A DNA stretch of 63,276 nt, filler included, from Corallochytrium limacisporum Hawaii (lineage: Eukaryota > Protista > Pluriformea): assembly GCA_002811645.1 (NCBI GenBank). It is 5 parts of 5 records of this genome, joined end to end, with 100 filler letters (N's around TTAATTAATTAA, not from the genome) between each part and the next. Parts side by side here need not be neighbours in the genome. Positions count along the whole stretch, not along the records: positions 30,762 to 43,662 come from PDIP01000122.1; positions 43,763 to 59,444 come from PDIP01000144.1; 3 more parts are not named here. One strand, written 5' to 3'. Positions 41,401 to 51,512 of the stretch are shown here, one piece after another. Both the position numbers and the translations under genes were made by a program. Every line of letters starts with the position of its first letter. Position 1 is the stretch's first letter. The notes under the pieces are model-generated. The model saw nothing but the letters and a program-made list of their open reading frames with translations. It was not told where the DNA came from and ran no database searches.

Positions 41401-43175
41401 ACACGCAGTCGTGCTGACAGCGTATTCTCACTGCCCGTAATACCGATGACGCACGTCCTGGCCTTGGGGTTGGTCTTCTCCGTCACCACACCTGGAATCT
41501 GAACATTAATCAGTTGCAATTCCTTCCAGAACATGTTCCGGGAACCGGCTAGACGCTGACCATCCGTGCCAATTTCTAGGCCGGATTGATTGCCTAGGTG
41601 TTCCAACGGTCCAGACATAGCATCGTAGGCCACGTCCAGACTGGAATCTTGCAAAATTGGTGTCGGAGCACCAACGGTTGCACTGGAGAAAGTCAATTTG
41701 GAATCATCGTCATCCGTGACACCAAAGGCAGATCGCTCGTCTAAAGCCACCGTGTCCGCAGTGGTATCTTCCATCAGAGCTCCTTCTGCGATTTGCATGA
41801 AGTTATTCTGTCCACCGTCTGTTTGTTGCAGCATTTGCAATGCCTCTGTTACATTCCAGCGCCGGATGGTACGATCTTTGCCCAAGGTCACCAACTCCCA
41901 TGTCGCACTGCCGTCCATGTAGTCTCCCGACAACGGCCGCCAGCATGCATCACGCACAATGTCCGTGTGGCCTTGCAAGAATTGCATAGATGGACGCATC
42001 GTGGCCAGATTAAACAATATCATAGGATTGTCCAGCCGTTGTGGGTTCATAGCCAGCGCAACCAACCCAGCACCTACAGGGGTATAAAAGCACCGCAGCA
42101 CAGCGGCTTGGACCTTCACAATGCGTTGGGCGTGGACAGTATCAAAGGCGCTCCAGAATTTGATGGTCTGGTCTTCACTACATGTCACGAACTCATGATC
42201 ACGTTGATAAGACCAATCGACGCCATAGATCTTTCCGTAGTGCGCTGCGATATCTGCTGATGGTGCCGTAGGTCGCCGGATATCCCAGATTCTGACATCG
42301 TGCTCGCTCAGAGTGACGAGAGTGTTGCGATCACGTCGGTTCCAGACCGCTTTGGTTGCTCCGTTCCAGCTCCGCAATCGTGAAATCGGTGCCACACTAC
42401 CTTCCACGACGCCTTCTGCATCGCCACCCGATTCCGTGCCCTCCGTTGGTCCGAGAATCGGTGATCCTTTGGTACGGGTGTCCCAGAGCAGAATGCCATT
42501 TTGAGCTTCTTCGCTGCACGACACCATCAGTGAAGGTTCCAGTCGATTCCAGTCAATCGATCGCACCGCTCGGGTGTGACCGTGGAACTCACATACACGC
42601 TGTCCCAGCTGACGATTGAATTCAGTCACATGGGTTGCGCCTGCTTGTGCATTGCTGCCACCGGCGACCACATTTGCTTTCGGTGCTTGCACGTCCCACA
42701 ATGAGATCACATTATTAATTGCGGCGGCTAGGTGGCCTTGATTGTGTGTACCTTTGGTGAATCTGAGAGCTGTAATATCACCCCATGATTTCTGTTGCTC
42801 TACGTAGCCTTTAGCAACAACACCTCTCTGTCCTAATTGTACGACCTGAATCTTGTTGCGCTGCGCGATGGCGACCAAATCTCCTGTGGTGCTGCAGGTC
42901 AACGCAGAAGCATTGCCGTCGAGATTAATCACCCAGTTGTCACCAGTCTTTGTAGACGACGGATTTCCTGAGGAAGAAAGGTTCAGGCCATGCCCCGAGC
43001 CAGTTGTGCCCATGTGCACAGGGACACCACCCCTGTTTCTCCTAGCCCGACCCCCTTTGGTCTCCCTGACGGATTGGGATTTTTGCAGCAAGCCCCTGCG
43101 CTGTGCTTCTTGGATAGTCATGCGCCCGTCACTAGAGGGTTTTTCCTGGTCCGATTTTCGCCGTGAGTCTGCCAT
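38478..43175 (-). CDS. WDR59: WDR59/Sea3/Mtc5 (GATOR2/SEACAT subunit)
   Basis: N-terminal WD40, RWD-like domain (VEFPVAYP), VPFPRFCGALF, WAEHPFGR and C-terminal RING CAIC..C..CGHGGH..H..WF..CP..C.C.C. Confidence 0.93.
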   Translation of the reverse strand: MADSRRKSDQEKPSSDGRMTIQEAQRRGLLQKSQSVRETKGGRARRNRGGVPVHMGTTGSGHGLNLSSSGNPSSTKTGDNWVINLDGNASALTCSTTGDLVAIAQRNKIQVVQLGQRGVVAKGYVEQQKSWGDITALRFTKGTHNQGHLAAAINNVISLWDVQAPKANVVAGGSNAQAGATHVTEFNRQLGQRVCEFHGHTRAVRSIDWNRLEPSLMVSCSEEAQNGILLWDTRTKGSPILGPTEGTESGGDAEGVVEGSVAPISRLRSWNGATKAVWNRRDRNTLVTLSEHDVRIWDIRRPTAPSADIAAHYGKIYGVDWSYQRDHEFVTCSEDQTIKFWSAFDTVHAQRIVKVQAAVLRCFYTPVGAGLVALAMNPQRLDNPMILFNLATMRPSMQFLQGHTDIVRDACWRPLSGDYMDGSATWELVTLGKDRTIRRWNVTEALQMLQQTDGGQNNFMQIAEGALMEDTTADTVALDERSAFGVTDDDDSKLTFSSATVGAPTPILQDSSLDVAYDAMSGPLEHLGNQSGLEIGTDGQRLAGSRNMFWKELQLINVQIPGVVTEKTNPKARTCVIGITGSENTLSARLRVEFPVAYPEPGAEPIFRYQVSTPGVNLRSLKERVKECASECTRHRRPCLAHCLKIIMEELESTAEKPQFGPTTSLPSNLDSTANERVPFPRFCGALFTPTGQLLHWHSLPARYEPMLRSRRGPLALPRSYNQLPEFLRSLVSYEEDSRGRVLGLAELDHGGSDQSLTGKMGSALPVHLQPRPQSPVRRGSYTVASLRPRRSITRNVGETGALGGAAFGNLKAASQEGLNKSAADGGETRSEGTSRPGSSAQLRGQEAFDMEIHEEVIEDTADGTKGQETSIGTDQAVPAEPVLTGPYAFLQRAQTAPMEGLGHAKEDGGGTRGTKSKDNLGKPLELPQGSSTAGSSPRESPLHTKQSSPRRGAAGALMVRKNSRLAVGERTGGHRRNLSETRELASIADGQSQSGSVGHDSHGDSVDDNGVIEANSKHVQITWRTLIGAEDLRSLFLASEALAKRYVLNGGSTKELCEKNSHIALQFNRRHTGQLWTLLKEIADPTVNDSVSETSTGGGIRTGGDTRRSSLILPSDATRTSGSFGVTLGQMNSLTDVNQRSYGGHSLLGPGAPLVDRTRSVPSTTSAPAPIGGTASDKASSHPQRSSPHNLNTTSIDSSELKPVVASVPSRQQVFCEWAEHPFGRTLLKELMEEFVEPEDVQTIAMTAFFLFAYDDAIQQETAAQFSDSGMIVAKASNPPMATSNRRLIDDGLRDYLTPYMVAYANVLDRWGLQYTSAEFRQYIPSRMLDHRQIEFQSTLSCSQCGPLSSTGPTDKGGRTSGSSFGTYTDHSDLPAFPRPDSLSDRTGVSVPPHLKDSHGTGARSSSYTNVLLSPPSQDGGTGVSNGGGSSAGAGLAQHHRNYSTGGAIGSLASSSHEWSAQSRVVSQGAASTQHRTQQQTSSSNRSEGRVRHKSENCHSGGTGRRIACAICLAEVRGMVTVCPCCGHGGHPNHMKQWFQLEHTCCPVGDCKCRCKPMHPQGCE

Positions 43176-43591
43176 TGTTTCTTGTCTACACTACGTAGTA
43201 TTTGCAAGTGTGCTAGAGCCAGAGCTCTTTGTGATCCGGTTCAAGTGATCATTTTGTGATTGGACCTCACATGGGATCCTCCTAATCTGCTTCATTCTCT
43301 ATACATGAACTGTTCTTTGTACAAAGTTCGTTCCCTGTAATATATAAGGCCATCGTCTTCGAAATAGCGTTGTCCATTGTGGGTCAGGATATTTCCTACA
43401 TATTGCGATACCGGAATCCCGTCGCTGAAATCTCACAGCCCGAACGGCAGCGCGTACGACCGCGACCAGACTGGCTGAGGATATGCGAGAAGAGAAGAGG
43501 AGGGGGAGTCCAATTTTAACAGTTTAAAAGAATCAATGCGAGGTATATTGAATACAGAAGAAAAGAAACACCCAGTTGTCCCTTTCTTCGA

Positions 43592-43662
43592 TACCACCCT
43601 CTGTCTGAGAATATTGTATCAAATCTACTCATTTTGATTTAGCTCTGCCGTCGCTTGGGAGA
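43592..43662. mobile_element. TA plus left end of the putative TIR element (copy 1)
   Basis: Identical to 59376-59444 over 69 nt. Identity begins exactly at TA and runs into the gap. Confidence 0.65.
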
Positions 43663-43762
43663 NNNNNNNNNNNNNNNNNNNNNNNNNNNNNNNNNNNNNN
43701 NNNNNNTTAATTAATTAANNNNNNNNNNNNNNNNNNNNNNNNNNNNNNNNNNNNNNNNNNNN
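43663..43762. other. Assembly gap with linker
   Basis: N-runs with TTAATTAATTAA. Confidence 0.97.
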
Positions 43763-43797
43763 CCCCCCCCCCCCCCCCGGGGGGGGGGGGGGGGGGG
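43763..43797. repeat. C16-G19 palindromic homopolymer junction in the WDR59/NMD3 divergent intergenic region
   Basis: Read directly. A similar C9-G7 junction occurs at 47460-47475. Confidence 0.8.
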
Positions 43798-44010
43798 TGG
43801 AAGCCCGCAGAAGCGCGGCCCGCCCCTTTTTTTGCTGGGTGGGTGGTGGTGCGGGCCGGCCACACATGGGTCTCATATCCACACGCACACACCCACAGCA
43901 GACCCGCACTCCAGCCCAGGTACAAGGGAATGAACGGCTCTTTTGTGCTACACTCTTACTGAGCTTTGTTCAGAAGTTTCAAAAAGGGTTAGGTCTTTGA
44001 TCCGTTCAAG

Positions 44011-45597
44011 ATGAATCCGAACCAACAACAGGCACTGCCACATGGCGGTGGAGTGCCTTTGCCGGCAAACTTTGGTCAGCCGAACGCCCCTGTTCCCCGG
44101 GCCCAGCAGCAACAGCAGCAGCCAGCATTCACACCTCATCAAACAGGTTTCAATGACGCGGGAGCTAATGTGATATTGTGCTGTCAATGTGGTGCACCGA
44201 TCCCTTCAAATCCACTAAATACTTGTGTTGACTGCTTACGGGCAGACGTAGACATTACGCAGAACATCCCAAAGTCTACTAACATGTTTCATTGCAGAAA
44301 TTGTGATCGGTATCTTAGCCCACCAAGCCAATGGACTGTGGCGGACTTAGAGTCTAAAGAACTGTTAGCTCTGTGTATTAAGCGGGTGAAGCCACAGATG
44401 CACGACGTACGTCTCGTGGATGCGTCGTTTATTTGGACAGAGCCGCACAGCAAGAGATTGAAGGTGAAACTTACCATTCAGAAGGAAGTATTTGCAAAGG
44501 CAGTATTGGAACAGTCATTCGTTGTGGAGTACGTAGTGCAGAACCAGATGTGCGATATGTGCCATCGCAGTGAGGCTCAGGACAGCTGGAATGCTGTTGT
44601 ACAGGTACGCCAAAAAGTTGTACATAAGAAGACTTTCTACTACCTTGAACAGATGATTCTGAAACATAACGCCCAAAAAGCGTGTATCAATATTCGGGAG
44701 CAGCATGACGGAATTGACTTTTTCTTCAAGGCCAAGAATGAAGCCATAAAATTTGCGGACTTCATCTCACAGATGGTACCTGTGCGGCAACGCAAGAGTG
44801 AGCGTTTAATAAGTGCAGATGTGAAGAGCAACACCGCCAACTTCAAGTTCACTTTTAGTGTAGAGATTGCTCCTGTGTGCAAAGATGACTTGGTATGCCT
44901 CCCTATCAAACTGGCTCGTATGTTGGGAAACATAAGCCAGCTGGTTGTCATTAACCACATTTCATCAAATATTCACGTTATTGACCCGTACACACTTCAG
45001 ACTGCGGAAATTAGCACTATGAACTATTGGCGGCATCCATTCACAGCCTTGACTTCCCCGAAAGCACTCATTGAGATTACTGTCCTGGACCAGGACCGCC
45101 TGGGCATGACCCGGGGTAAGTTTGCGTTGAGCGAAGTGGAAGTGGCTCGATCCCGGGATCTTGGAAGCAACGACAATCGTTACGTCATTCGCACACACTT
45201 GGCCAATATCCTGCAACCCGGTGACACAGTCCTAGGGGTGGACCTGGAGAACACTAATCTGAACGACGAAAGTGCTGAACGCTTAGGCCAGCAAGGACAG
45301 CTTCCTCCGTTGGTTTTGATTCGCAAGGTACACGAGAAGCGGAACAAGAAACGTGCCTGGAAGCTACGTCGTCTGGCGGTCAAGGCTGGACAATCTCGGG
45401 ACGTCAGCCGGCGCAACTCGGTCAAGAGCGACGCTGATGAGGACTACGAAGAGTTCCTGCGAGACTTGGAGGCTGACAAAGAGTATCGCCAGGACATTAA
45501 TATGTACAGGCGTGATGGCGTCAATCCACAGGATGCCCATGATGGCGGAGTTAGTCTGGATGAGCTTATTGATGACATGAATCTGGATGACGAGTAA
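44011..45597 (+). CDS. NMD3: 60S ribosomal export adaptor NMD3
   Basis: CCQCG..I..NP.N.C..C, WTEPHSKRLKVK and VQVRQKVVHKKTFYYLEQ. Confidence 0.97.
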   Translation: MNPNQQQALPHGGGVPLPANFGQPNAPVPRAQQQQQQPAFTPHQTGFNDAGANVILCCQCGAPIPSNPLNTCVDCLRADVDITQNIPKSTNMFHCRNCDRYLSPPSQWTVADLESKELLALCIKRVKPQMHDVRLVDASFIWTEPHSKRLKVKLTIQKEVFAKAVLEQSFVVEYVVQNQMCDMCHRSEAQDSWNAVVQVRQKVVHKKTFYYLEQMILKHNAQKACINIREQHDGIDFFFKAKNEAIKFADFISQMVPVRQRKSERLISADVKSNTANFKFTFSVEIAPVCKDDLVCLPIKLARMLGNISQLVVINHISSNIHVIDPYTLQTAEISTMNYWRHPFTALTSPKALIEITVLDQDRLGMTRGKFALSEVEVARSRDLGSNDNRYVIRTHLANILQPGDTVLGVDLENTNLNDESAERLGQQGQLPPLVLIRKVHEKRNKKRAWKLRRLAVKAGQSRDVSRRNSVKSDADEDYEEFLRDLEADKEYRQDINMYRRDGVNPQDAHDGGVSLDELIDDMNLDDE

Positions 45598-45796
45598 AAC
45601 ATGAGCATCTCTTGTCCACACCATTCGAACACAGCATATCAAGTTATTGATACTGTAGCTTCCATTTTAAGGTCCATCATCATCATCACATATTGTATTT
45701 TCCGTTCATTCTCGCGTCAATGTATCATGATGCATGCTTCGAATTCATTTAATGATTATGTATTATATATATATATATCAATAAGGCTTATTGTAC

Positions 45797-46978
45797 CTAT
45801 CGACGGCCACCACGACGGCCGCGCTTTCCGCGCCCACCTCGACCACCACCCCGCTTGCGGGCGTTGTATTTGTCCTGCAGCTCCTTACGCTGGTCATCCC
45901 AATACTTCTGTTCCTCCTCACCTTCTAGAGCACGAATCTTGGCAGTCTGACCATTCAATTCAATCTCGCCGTTCAGAGTAGTGGCCAGCTCCTTGGCTGC
46001 GTCCTGCTCGCGGAAGCGGATAAAGCCGGACGCACCGCCGGCACGGTAAGTGACCCATGCAACCTCCTTCTTGTCACCGAAAACTTCCTTGATCATTTCC
46101 CGTGTGGCATTCTCACCAACATTTTCAAATGCCAGGACAGCACCCTCCACGAAGTCACCCATGGGACCTTTGTGCTGTTTCTTTTCCTGGACACCGTTGG
46201 TGGGCTTGCCATCTTCACCCTTAGCCTTCTTCTCTGCTGGAGCACTACCGTCAACTTGGTTGTCGGGGTCTTCATCAGCGGGGCGCTTCTTGGGCTTGGA
46301 TTTGCTCTTACGCTCTTTGCGCTCCTCCATCTTGCTCTTGATATAGTCAGCCTGCATCATAGACTCGAGCTTACGTACAACCACAGGGTCCTTGTCGTCT
46401 TCAAAGCCGTTGGCCTTGCCCAGAAGGGCCGTGGCTCCCTCTTCGGTCTCCATGACCACAAAGACGCTACCCTTGAAAATTTGATTCTTAGGGACTCGGC
46501 GCATCTCAACCTTGGCAACTTTGTAACCAGCAGAGATTTCTTCTTTGCGGAAGAACTCCAAGAGTTTGTCGAGAGTGCTGTCCTCCTTACTAAACCCTTT
46601 GACATAAACCGTACGGAGCTGTAGGTTGATTTGTTCGGGGAGAGGCTGAGTGCGGCGAACGTGTTCTTCACTGTCATCCACCTCAATCAGACCACCCTCA
46701 CTGTGTTCTTTGACGGCCTTGGCAATTACAGCAGCATTGTTGGTCATCTGTTTCATGCGTGTGAAAGTTAGCAGGACACTGAGGGCCACCCAACCATCAG
46801 GGTTGTCGCTGATTTGCTTGTTCATGAACTTATCCTTAGCAAGGTTCACATCACCAAACCAGAAATCAACCTGCTTGGCTATCTTCTGGAGCAGTTCGTC
46901 GTCTGCATCCTCAATAGTGGCGGCCTGAGGCTTGATTTCATCAAGGGTCTTTTCGGACTGATTTGCTGTGTCAGTCAT
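45797..46978 (-). CDS. SSB: La autoantigen (La motif, RRM1, C-terminal RRM, RGG tail)
   Basis: QVDFWFGDVNLAKDKFM, RTVYVKGF and FKGSVFV. Confidence 0.93.
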   Translation of the reverse strand: MTDTANQSEKTLDEIKPQAATIEDADDELLQKIAKQVDFWFGDVNLAKDKFMNKQISDNPDGWVALSVLLTFTRMKQMTNNAAVIAKAVKEHSEGGLIEVDDSEEHVRRTQPLPEQINLQLRTVYVKGFSKEDSTLDKLLEFFRKEEISAGYKVAKVEMRRVPKNQIFKGSVFVVMETEEGATALLGKANGFEDDKDPVVVRKLESMMQADYIKSKMEERKERKSKSKPKKRPADEDPDNQVDGSAPAEKKAKGEDGKPTNGVQEKKQHKGPMGDFVEGAVLAFENVGENATREMIKEVFGDKKEVAWVTYRAGGASGFIRFREQDAAKELATTLNGEIELNGQTAKIRALEGEEEQKYWDDQRKELQDKYNARKRGGGRGGRGKRGRRGGRR

Positions 46979-47838
46979 GTTGTCTCTTTGATCACATACG
47001 TACTCTAGTACTCAAAAGAACTATCAAGAGCCGCTTGACTTTGACGGGATCATCCAAATACCAGGTGAACAATGTCCGCAGACACTGAATCTATACGAGA
47101 CCTTTGCAAGCCATCGTATCCTTCCACCCCATTGAGATCCACGCAGTACATAAGCTTGCCTGAGTGAGACCCACCCGCACCCTTTTGCACTTCCACCACC
47201 TGGTACACACACGGGCGATCACTTCGAGGTCACACGCGCAGAGGAGCCCACTTGCGCACATTCCTCCTTTCACCTGCTACAGCAGATTGGTTACAGAAAT
47301 GTATGAGATTTGACGGCATTGCAGTACTAGGCCTCCGTTGTCTGATGCCAGAGCTGACTCAGGTTGCAAATGCAAGGAGGGGGTCCCCTTGCGGACTGTG
47401 CGACTGTGTGGTGGCTGACCAGGGACAAAAACCGCGTGGTGTCCGCCAACTTTAACCCACCCCCCCCCGGGGGGGCCCTTCTCCTAGGGGCCTCCCGATT
47501 TCGGACCCGAGGCTTCTTGGAAAAACAAATGCGAGACACCATTCACAAAGGCACTCTTGTTGCAGTGGGCTGGGGGCTGGGTAGTGATTCTGGTGGAGAA
47601 TTGCAATGCGTGGACACTGATCCGGAGTCCATTTTATACACTAGTCAGGCACCAACCATTTGCTTCGCACCCTAGTCGGAGGCAAATGAGCCCTTCGATG
47701 GGGTGGAAGGCACCGGGATGGAGAGTGACTCCTCTGTGAATTGTCGCTCCCAAAAGGTATGGTCCTCTAGATCATGAAGGAATGTAGGTAGAATCATGTG
47801 TAATCGTACTATTTAGTAGAGAAGTACATCAGTGTGTG

Positions 47839-47895
47839 GTATGTAACCCAGAGTGGTATTTAGCGTACCCGAGCAACGACAGCTAATGCTACCAG
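47839..47895 (+). other. Predicted 5' UTR spliceosomal intron of the uS4m gene (57 nt)
   Basis: GTATGT donor, GCTAAT branch site at 47882-47887, CAG acceptor. Confidence 0.6.
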
Positions 47896-47962
47896 AACGA
47901 TATGGAAGACGTGTGCTATAATTTCGTATAGAACTCACCTTGGGTCACTTAGTTTTAAAAAT

Positions 47963-49000
47963 ATGTCGTCCCAGGGCGTGAGGGCAGGACTTAATGTCAT
48001 CCCACGGAACCAAACCGAACAGGCATCTGGGGGTGCCGTCGCTCTTCAAAGGGGACTCGGTCAGTATTTCCGATTGAAACGAAAGGCAGCAAAGACTACA
48101 ATTCCGAAGAATTCTGAGAAATGGATCTTGATTGAGAAGGCACCGGAGGACAATCCATACAAATTGGGCCTCAAGCAGAAGCATCAGCAGTACTTGATTA
48201 GAAACATGCTACGATTTTATTATGGTGGAAGACGTCTGCGAGACAACAGGCCTCCGGAACGTAGATTGGATACGTTGGTCTGGCGTTCTTTGCCCTTTTC
48301 ATCCCTGATGCAAGCAAGGCAACAAGTCCGCCACCATGGCGGCATCATGCGGCTGCCTTTTCATTCATCACAGCATCAATGGCCTGGTACCATCATGAAG
48401 GCAGGTGCAGCACGAAACTTTGATATCCCGATGAAGTCACACCATCCGAAGATCTTCCAACTGACGCAAATTCCAGATGATGTCGAGGTTCGATTTGGAG
48501 GCGACCGGGACAGGAAAGATAGTGAGGACTTTGGACCAGTCGAAGGTGATGGACACGATGATGAAGGCAAAGCAGGCAATGAGGAGGAGGACCGCGCAAG
48601 GGCCGACTCCCAGCAAAAACGAGCGGATACAATTGAAGTTGACAGCGCTTTCTTCCAACGAATTTTCCCAACCCCTCTGGTGCAGAGTTCAGTCGTTCCC
48701 GCACATACAGCTCTCTTGGGATTGACTGCATTCAATGATGTGAACGATTTGGTAGGACGAATGGTAGATTTGTCACAGAGTGGACCATTGTACAGACCAC
48801 AGCATCCCATGAAAGAAATTGAAGCTGTTGATATGACTCTAGCGTCTCACAAGGACCCCACTGCCTTGAAATGGAGAAAGGATATGGACCGCATGAAGGG
48901 ATACAAACTGACCACTGAAGAGACCGGAAAGCACTTCATGATGCGACGGGAGAGGTCAAGCACCCGTAAGAAAGCACACCAGGCCCGAAAATTGCATTGA
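47963..49000 (+). CDS. Nucleus-encoded mitochondrial ribosomal protein uS4m (Rps4/Nam9-like)
   Basis: LRFYYG and ERRLDTLVWRS..SSLMQARQQVRH S4 signatures. Confidence 0.75.
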   Translation: MSSQGVRAGLNVIPRNQTEQASGGAVALQRGLGQYFRLKRKAAKTTIPKNSEKWILIEKAPEDNPYKLGLKQKHQQYLIRNMLRFYYGGRRLRDNRPPERRLDTLVWRSLPFSSLMQARQQVRHHGGIMRLPFHSSQHQWPGTIMKAGAARNFDIPMKSHHPKIFQLTQIPDDVEVRFGGDRDRKDSEDFGPVEGDGHDDEGKAGNEEEDRARADSQQKRADTIEVDSAFFQRIFPTPLVQSSVVPAHTALLGLTAFNDVNDLVGRMVDLSQSGPLYRPQHPMKEIEAVDMTLASHKDPTALKWRKDMDRMKGYKLTTEETGKHFMMRRERSSTRKKAHQARKLH

Positions 49001-49715
49001 TGAACGACCACAAATTGAATTTAGTAGAATTTAGTAAAATCTATTCTATCGTCCCAAAAAATCCATTATGAATTGAATTCAATAGTCGCCTACTTTTTGA
49101 ATTCAACTTGCTTTGCGATCGTACGAATCCTATCTCACCAATATTCTAGTATAGAATTTGGAATAGGCGCCATGTCACGCTGTGTTCTTTCACGAAACAA
49201 TCTGATGTATTTTGGCTCTTTTTTTATGCTAATTGAGCAGGCTGCTGGAGAGAGTGAGCTAGATTGTTTGGTGGCAGCATACATTGCTGTGCCATTGGGG
49301 GTAAGCGTTGACGTCTATTTCATATGGGGACCCATATTTTCGTTCCTTGCATAGTTTCTTTGATACAATCTCAGCTTATTATATCACGCATGTATACACG
49401 ATATGATAGAGGATATGAAAGGATTGTATGCCGAAAATTCGGCCAGAGCTCTCAATTGAGAGACTCACTATATTCGTGCTCTCCACCTCCACAGCCTTTC
49501 CCCCGGCCCCCTCCCGCCGCTCTGGTTTGCGTGGCTGGAGGTCCTAGTCCTAGCTCTGTAGACTGGGGGCCAGGGGATAGCTGCTCGCACAAGGGTCCAA
49601 CTGAACGCGCGGCCCAAGCCAAGCTATGTCAATACCAGGACACCAGTCCCTTGCAGAAAGCTCGAGTGCGATAGGAACTGTTCTCTTATGAATCTGGTCT
49701 GTAATCTGTATAGGA

Positions 49716-50954
49716 ATGTCTCATAAGTGGCTCCAAGGAGTAGTGCAGGCACTACAAGCAGCCAATGGAGCTGAGCTAGCCAAGCGGCTTACTGTTGTTG
49801 AACCACAATACGCTGGGTCAGCACTGCATCTATGCCAAGCCAACGAGGCTGAAGGTGCGGTAAAAGGTGCAAGTCATCTGTTGCCACGAGCCTGGTCAGA
49901 AATAGTCACGAATATTGCTAGGGCTAGAAAAGCTTGGACAGGATCACCAAGAAATGCAACCGTGGCGTGCGACGAGCAAAGAAAGGCTCTGCAAGGATTT
50001 TTGAGTAATGTATTGAGCAGTGAAGAGTATGCCGATAGTGTGCACATTTTCTTGCCAGTGCTAAATGCACTAGCCCGAGACTGTCGCTGTCTGGCTGTGA
50101 CGGTGGACTCGGAGTTGAGTGCAAGAAGTCAGTTGCCCAAGAAAATGAATGAAGCCGCACAGTTGCTCCAAAAGGCTTTCGGCGCCACTGTTAGAGATAA
50201 CAACGCTGATCCTTCGAAATCTAAACGACAGAGTGCTCTTGCCGTTGCCAATCAGATTGTTCGGGTCTATTTTCATCAACACAATTACAATCAGGTACGC
50301 CCAGTTCTGCGTACACTGCAATCTCCATGGTTCAGAGATAGTGGCACCCACCCGCTGCAAAACTTTCCCGCGGCACAGTTAGTAGAGCATAATTTCTTCA
50401 TTGGCCGCATTTGTCTACTCAATGGAGAGTACGACGAGGCTCGAGAGCGTCTGCGTAGTGCCTTCAATCGCATGCCCCGTGGTGCGCCCCAGAAGCGTCG
50501 CACCCTGGTCTACCTTGTGCCTCTAGAAATGATTGGCGGCCGCATGCCAAAGGAACGTCTGCTGGAGAAATACGGACTCAAGGATCTGTTTTGGGAGCTG
50601 ACGAAGGCACTGGTGGCAGGCAACGTACCCGCATTTGAGGCACTAATCACACGGCGGGAACAGGAGTTTGTAAGGAACGGTACATACCTATTGTTGGAGA
50701 AATTGAAGATGCTCGCCTTCCGCAACCTTGTCCGACGCGTTCATCAAGTCCTAGACAGCAACCATGTCCCACTCTCCGCCATCTCAAAGGCTATGAGCCT
50801 GCAAGGTAGTAATGTTGATGAGGAAGAACTGGAATGCTTCGTGGCCAATTTGATCTATCAGTCCCGCATCAAAGGCTACATTAGCCGTAATCACGGAATC
50901 CTCGTTGTATCCAAGAAGACCTCGCCTTTCCCACTAGTGCGCTCTGGGGCATAG
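49716..50954 (+). CDS. PCID2: PCI-domain protein PCID2/Thp1/Csn12-like
   Basis: ANQIVRVYF, YLVPLEM..GRMP, GTYLLLEKLK..FRNL and ANLIY..IKGYIS..H.ILVVSK..PFP. Confidence 0.93.
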   Translation: MSHKWLQGVVQALQAANGAELAKRLTVVEPQYAGSALHLCQANEAEGAVKGASHLLPRAWSEIVTNIARARKAWTGSPRNATVACDEQRKALQGFLSNVLSSEEYADSVHIFLPVLNALARDCRCLAVTVDSELSARSQLPKKMNEAAQLLQKAFGATVRDNNADPSKSKRQSALAVANQIVRVYFHQHNYNQVRPVLRTLQSPWFRDSGTHPLQNFPAAQLVEHNFFIGRICLLNGEYDEARERLRSAFNRMPRGAPQKRRTLVYLVPLEMIGGRMPKERLLEKYGLKDLFWELTKALVAGNVPAFEALITRREQEFVRNGTYLLLEKLKMLAFRNLVRRVHQVLDSNHVPLSAISKAMSLQGSNVDEEELECFVANLIYQSRIKGYISRNHGILVVSKKTSPFPLVRSGA

Positions 50955-51512
50955 GCAATGGGCATGAAAGAAAGGCTGGCTTTTCTCCGTGAAGCACTTT
51001 GCGGGGAGGTTCGCGAGGCTCGTTCTCTCCCTCCCGTCAGCCCCCCATCGGGAGACCGCAAGAGTAAAAATACTGTTCGCTTAAAGAATTCGGAAACTCT
51101 GTGAACGCGCGATTGGACGTTGAATCGCCACTTCATTTGCCCTCCGGAAATCGAATGGGGAACGCTCACGAAAGTTGCCATTGGGTCCCCCACCCACCTT
51201 CCCTTCCCCAGTGTACCCGAGACCCGTCCCTACGGCTCCAAGCCGGGCCACAGCGGTTTAGACGCGGTTGCGCGGGAGACAAGGAGGCCGGGAAAAGGCT
51301 GAAGGGCTGGCTTTTTCTTTGGATCACTTGACGTTGAAACTGAAGTGCCAAGGGTACATGAATGTGTGGTATTGTGTACAAATCCCAGTTCATCTGCATG
51401 TAGAGGCCAGCATTTAAATACAAATAAAGAATATGACGAAAGAAAAAAAAGCCAGGCACCCGAGTGGATAGAGTAGGAATTCTAATTTCCACTTGACAAG
51501 CAAACTTACATT

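Noticed and set aside
49072-49106. Two TTGAATTCAA palindromes forming a hairpin
   Set aside because: Short AT-rich feature in a 3' region with no other support.
979-50954. Functional clustering (SEC13, WDR59, TTI2 for TOR; MAD2, CENP-W, PCID2 for mitosis)
   Set aside because: The genes are far apart and interspersed with unrelated housekeeping genes, as expected by chance in a compact genome.
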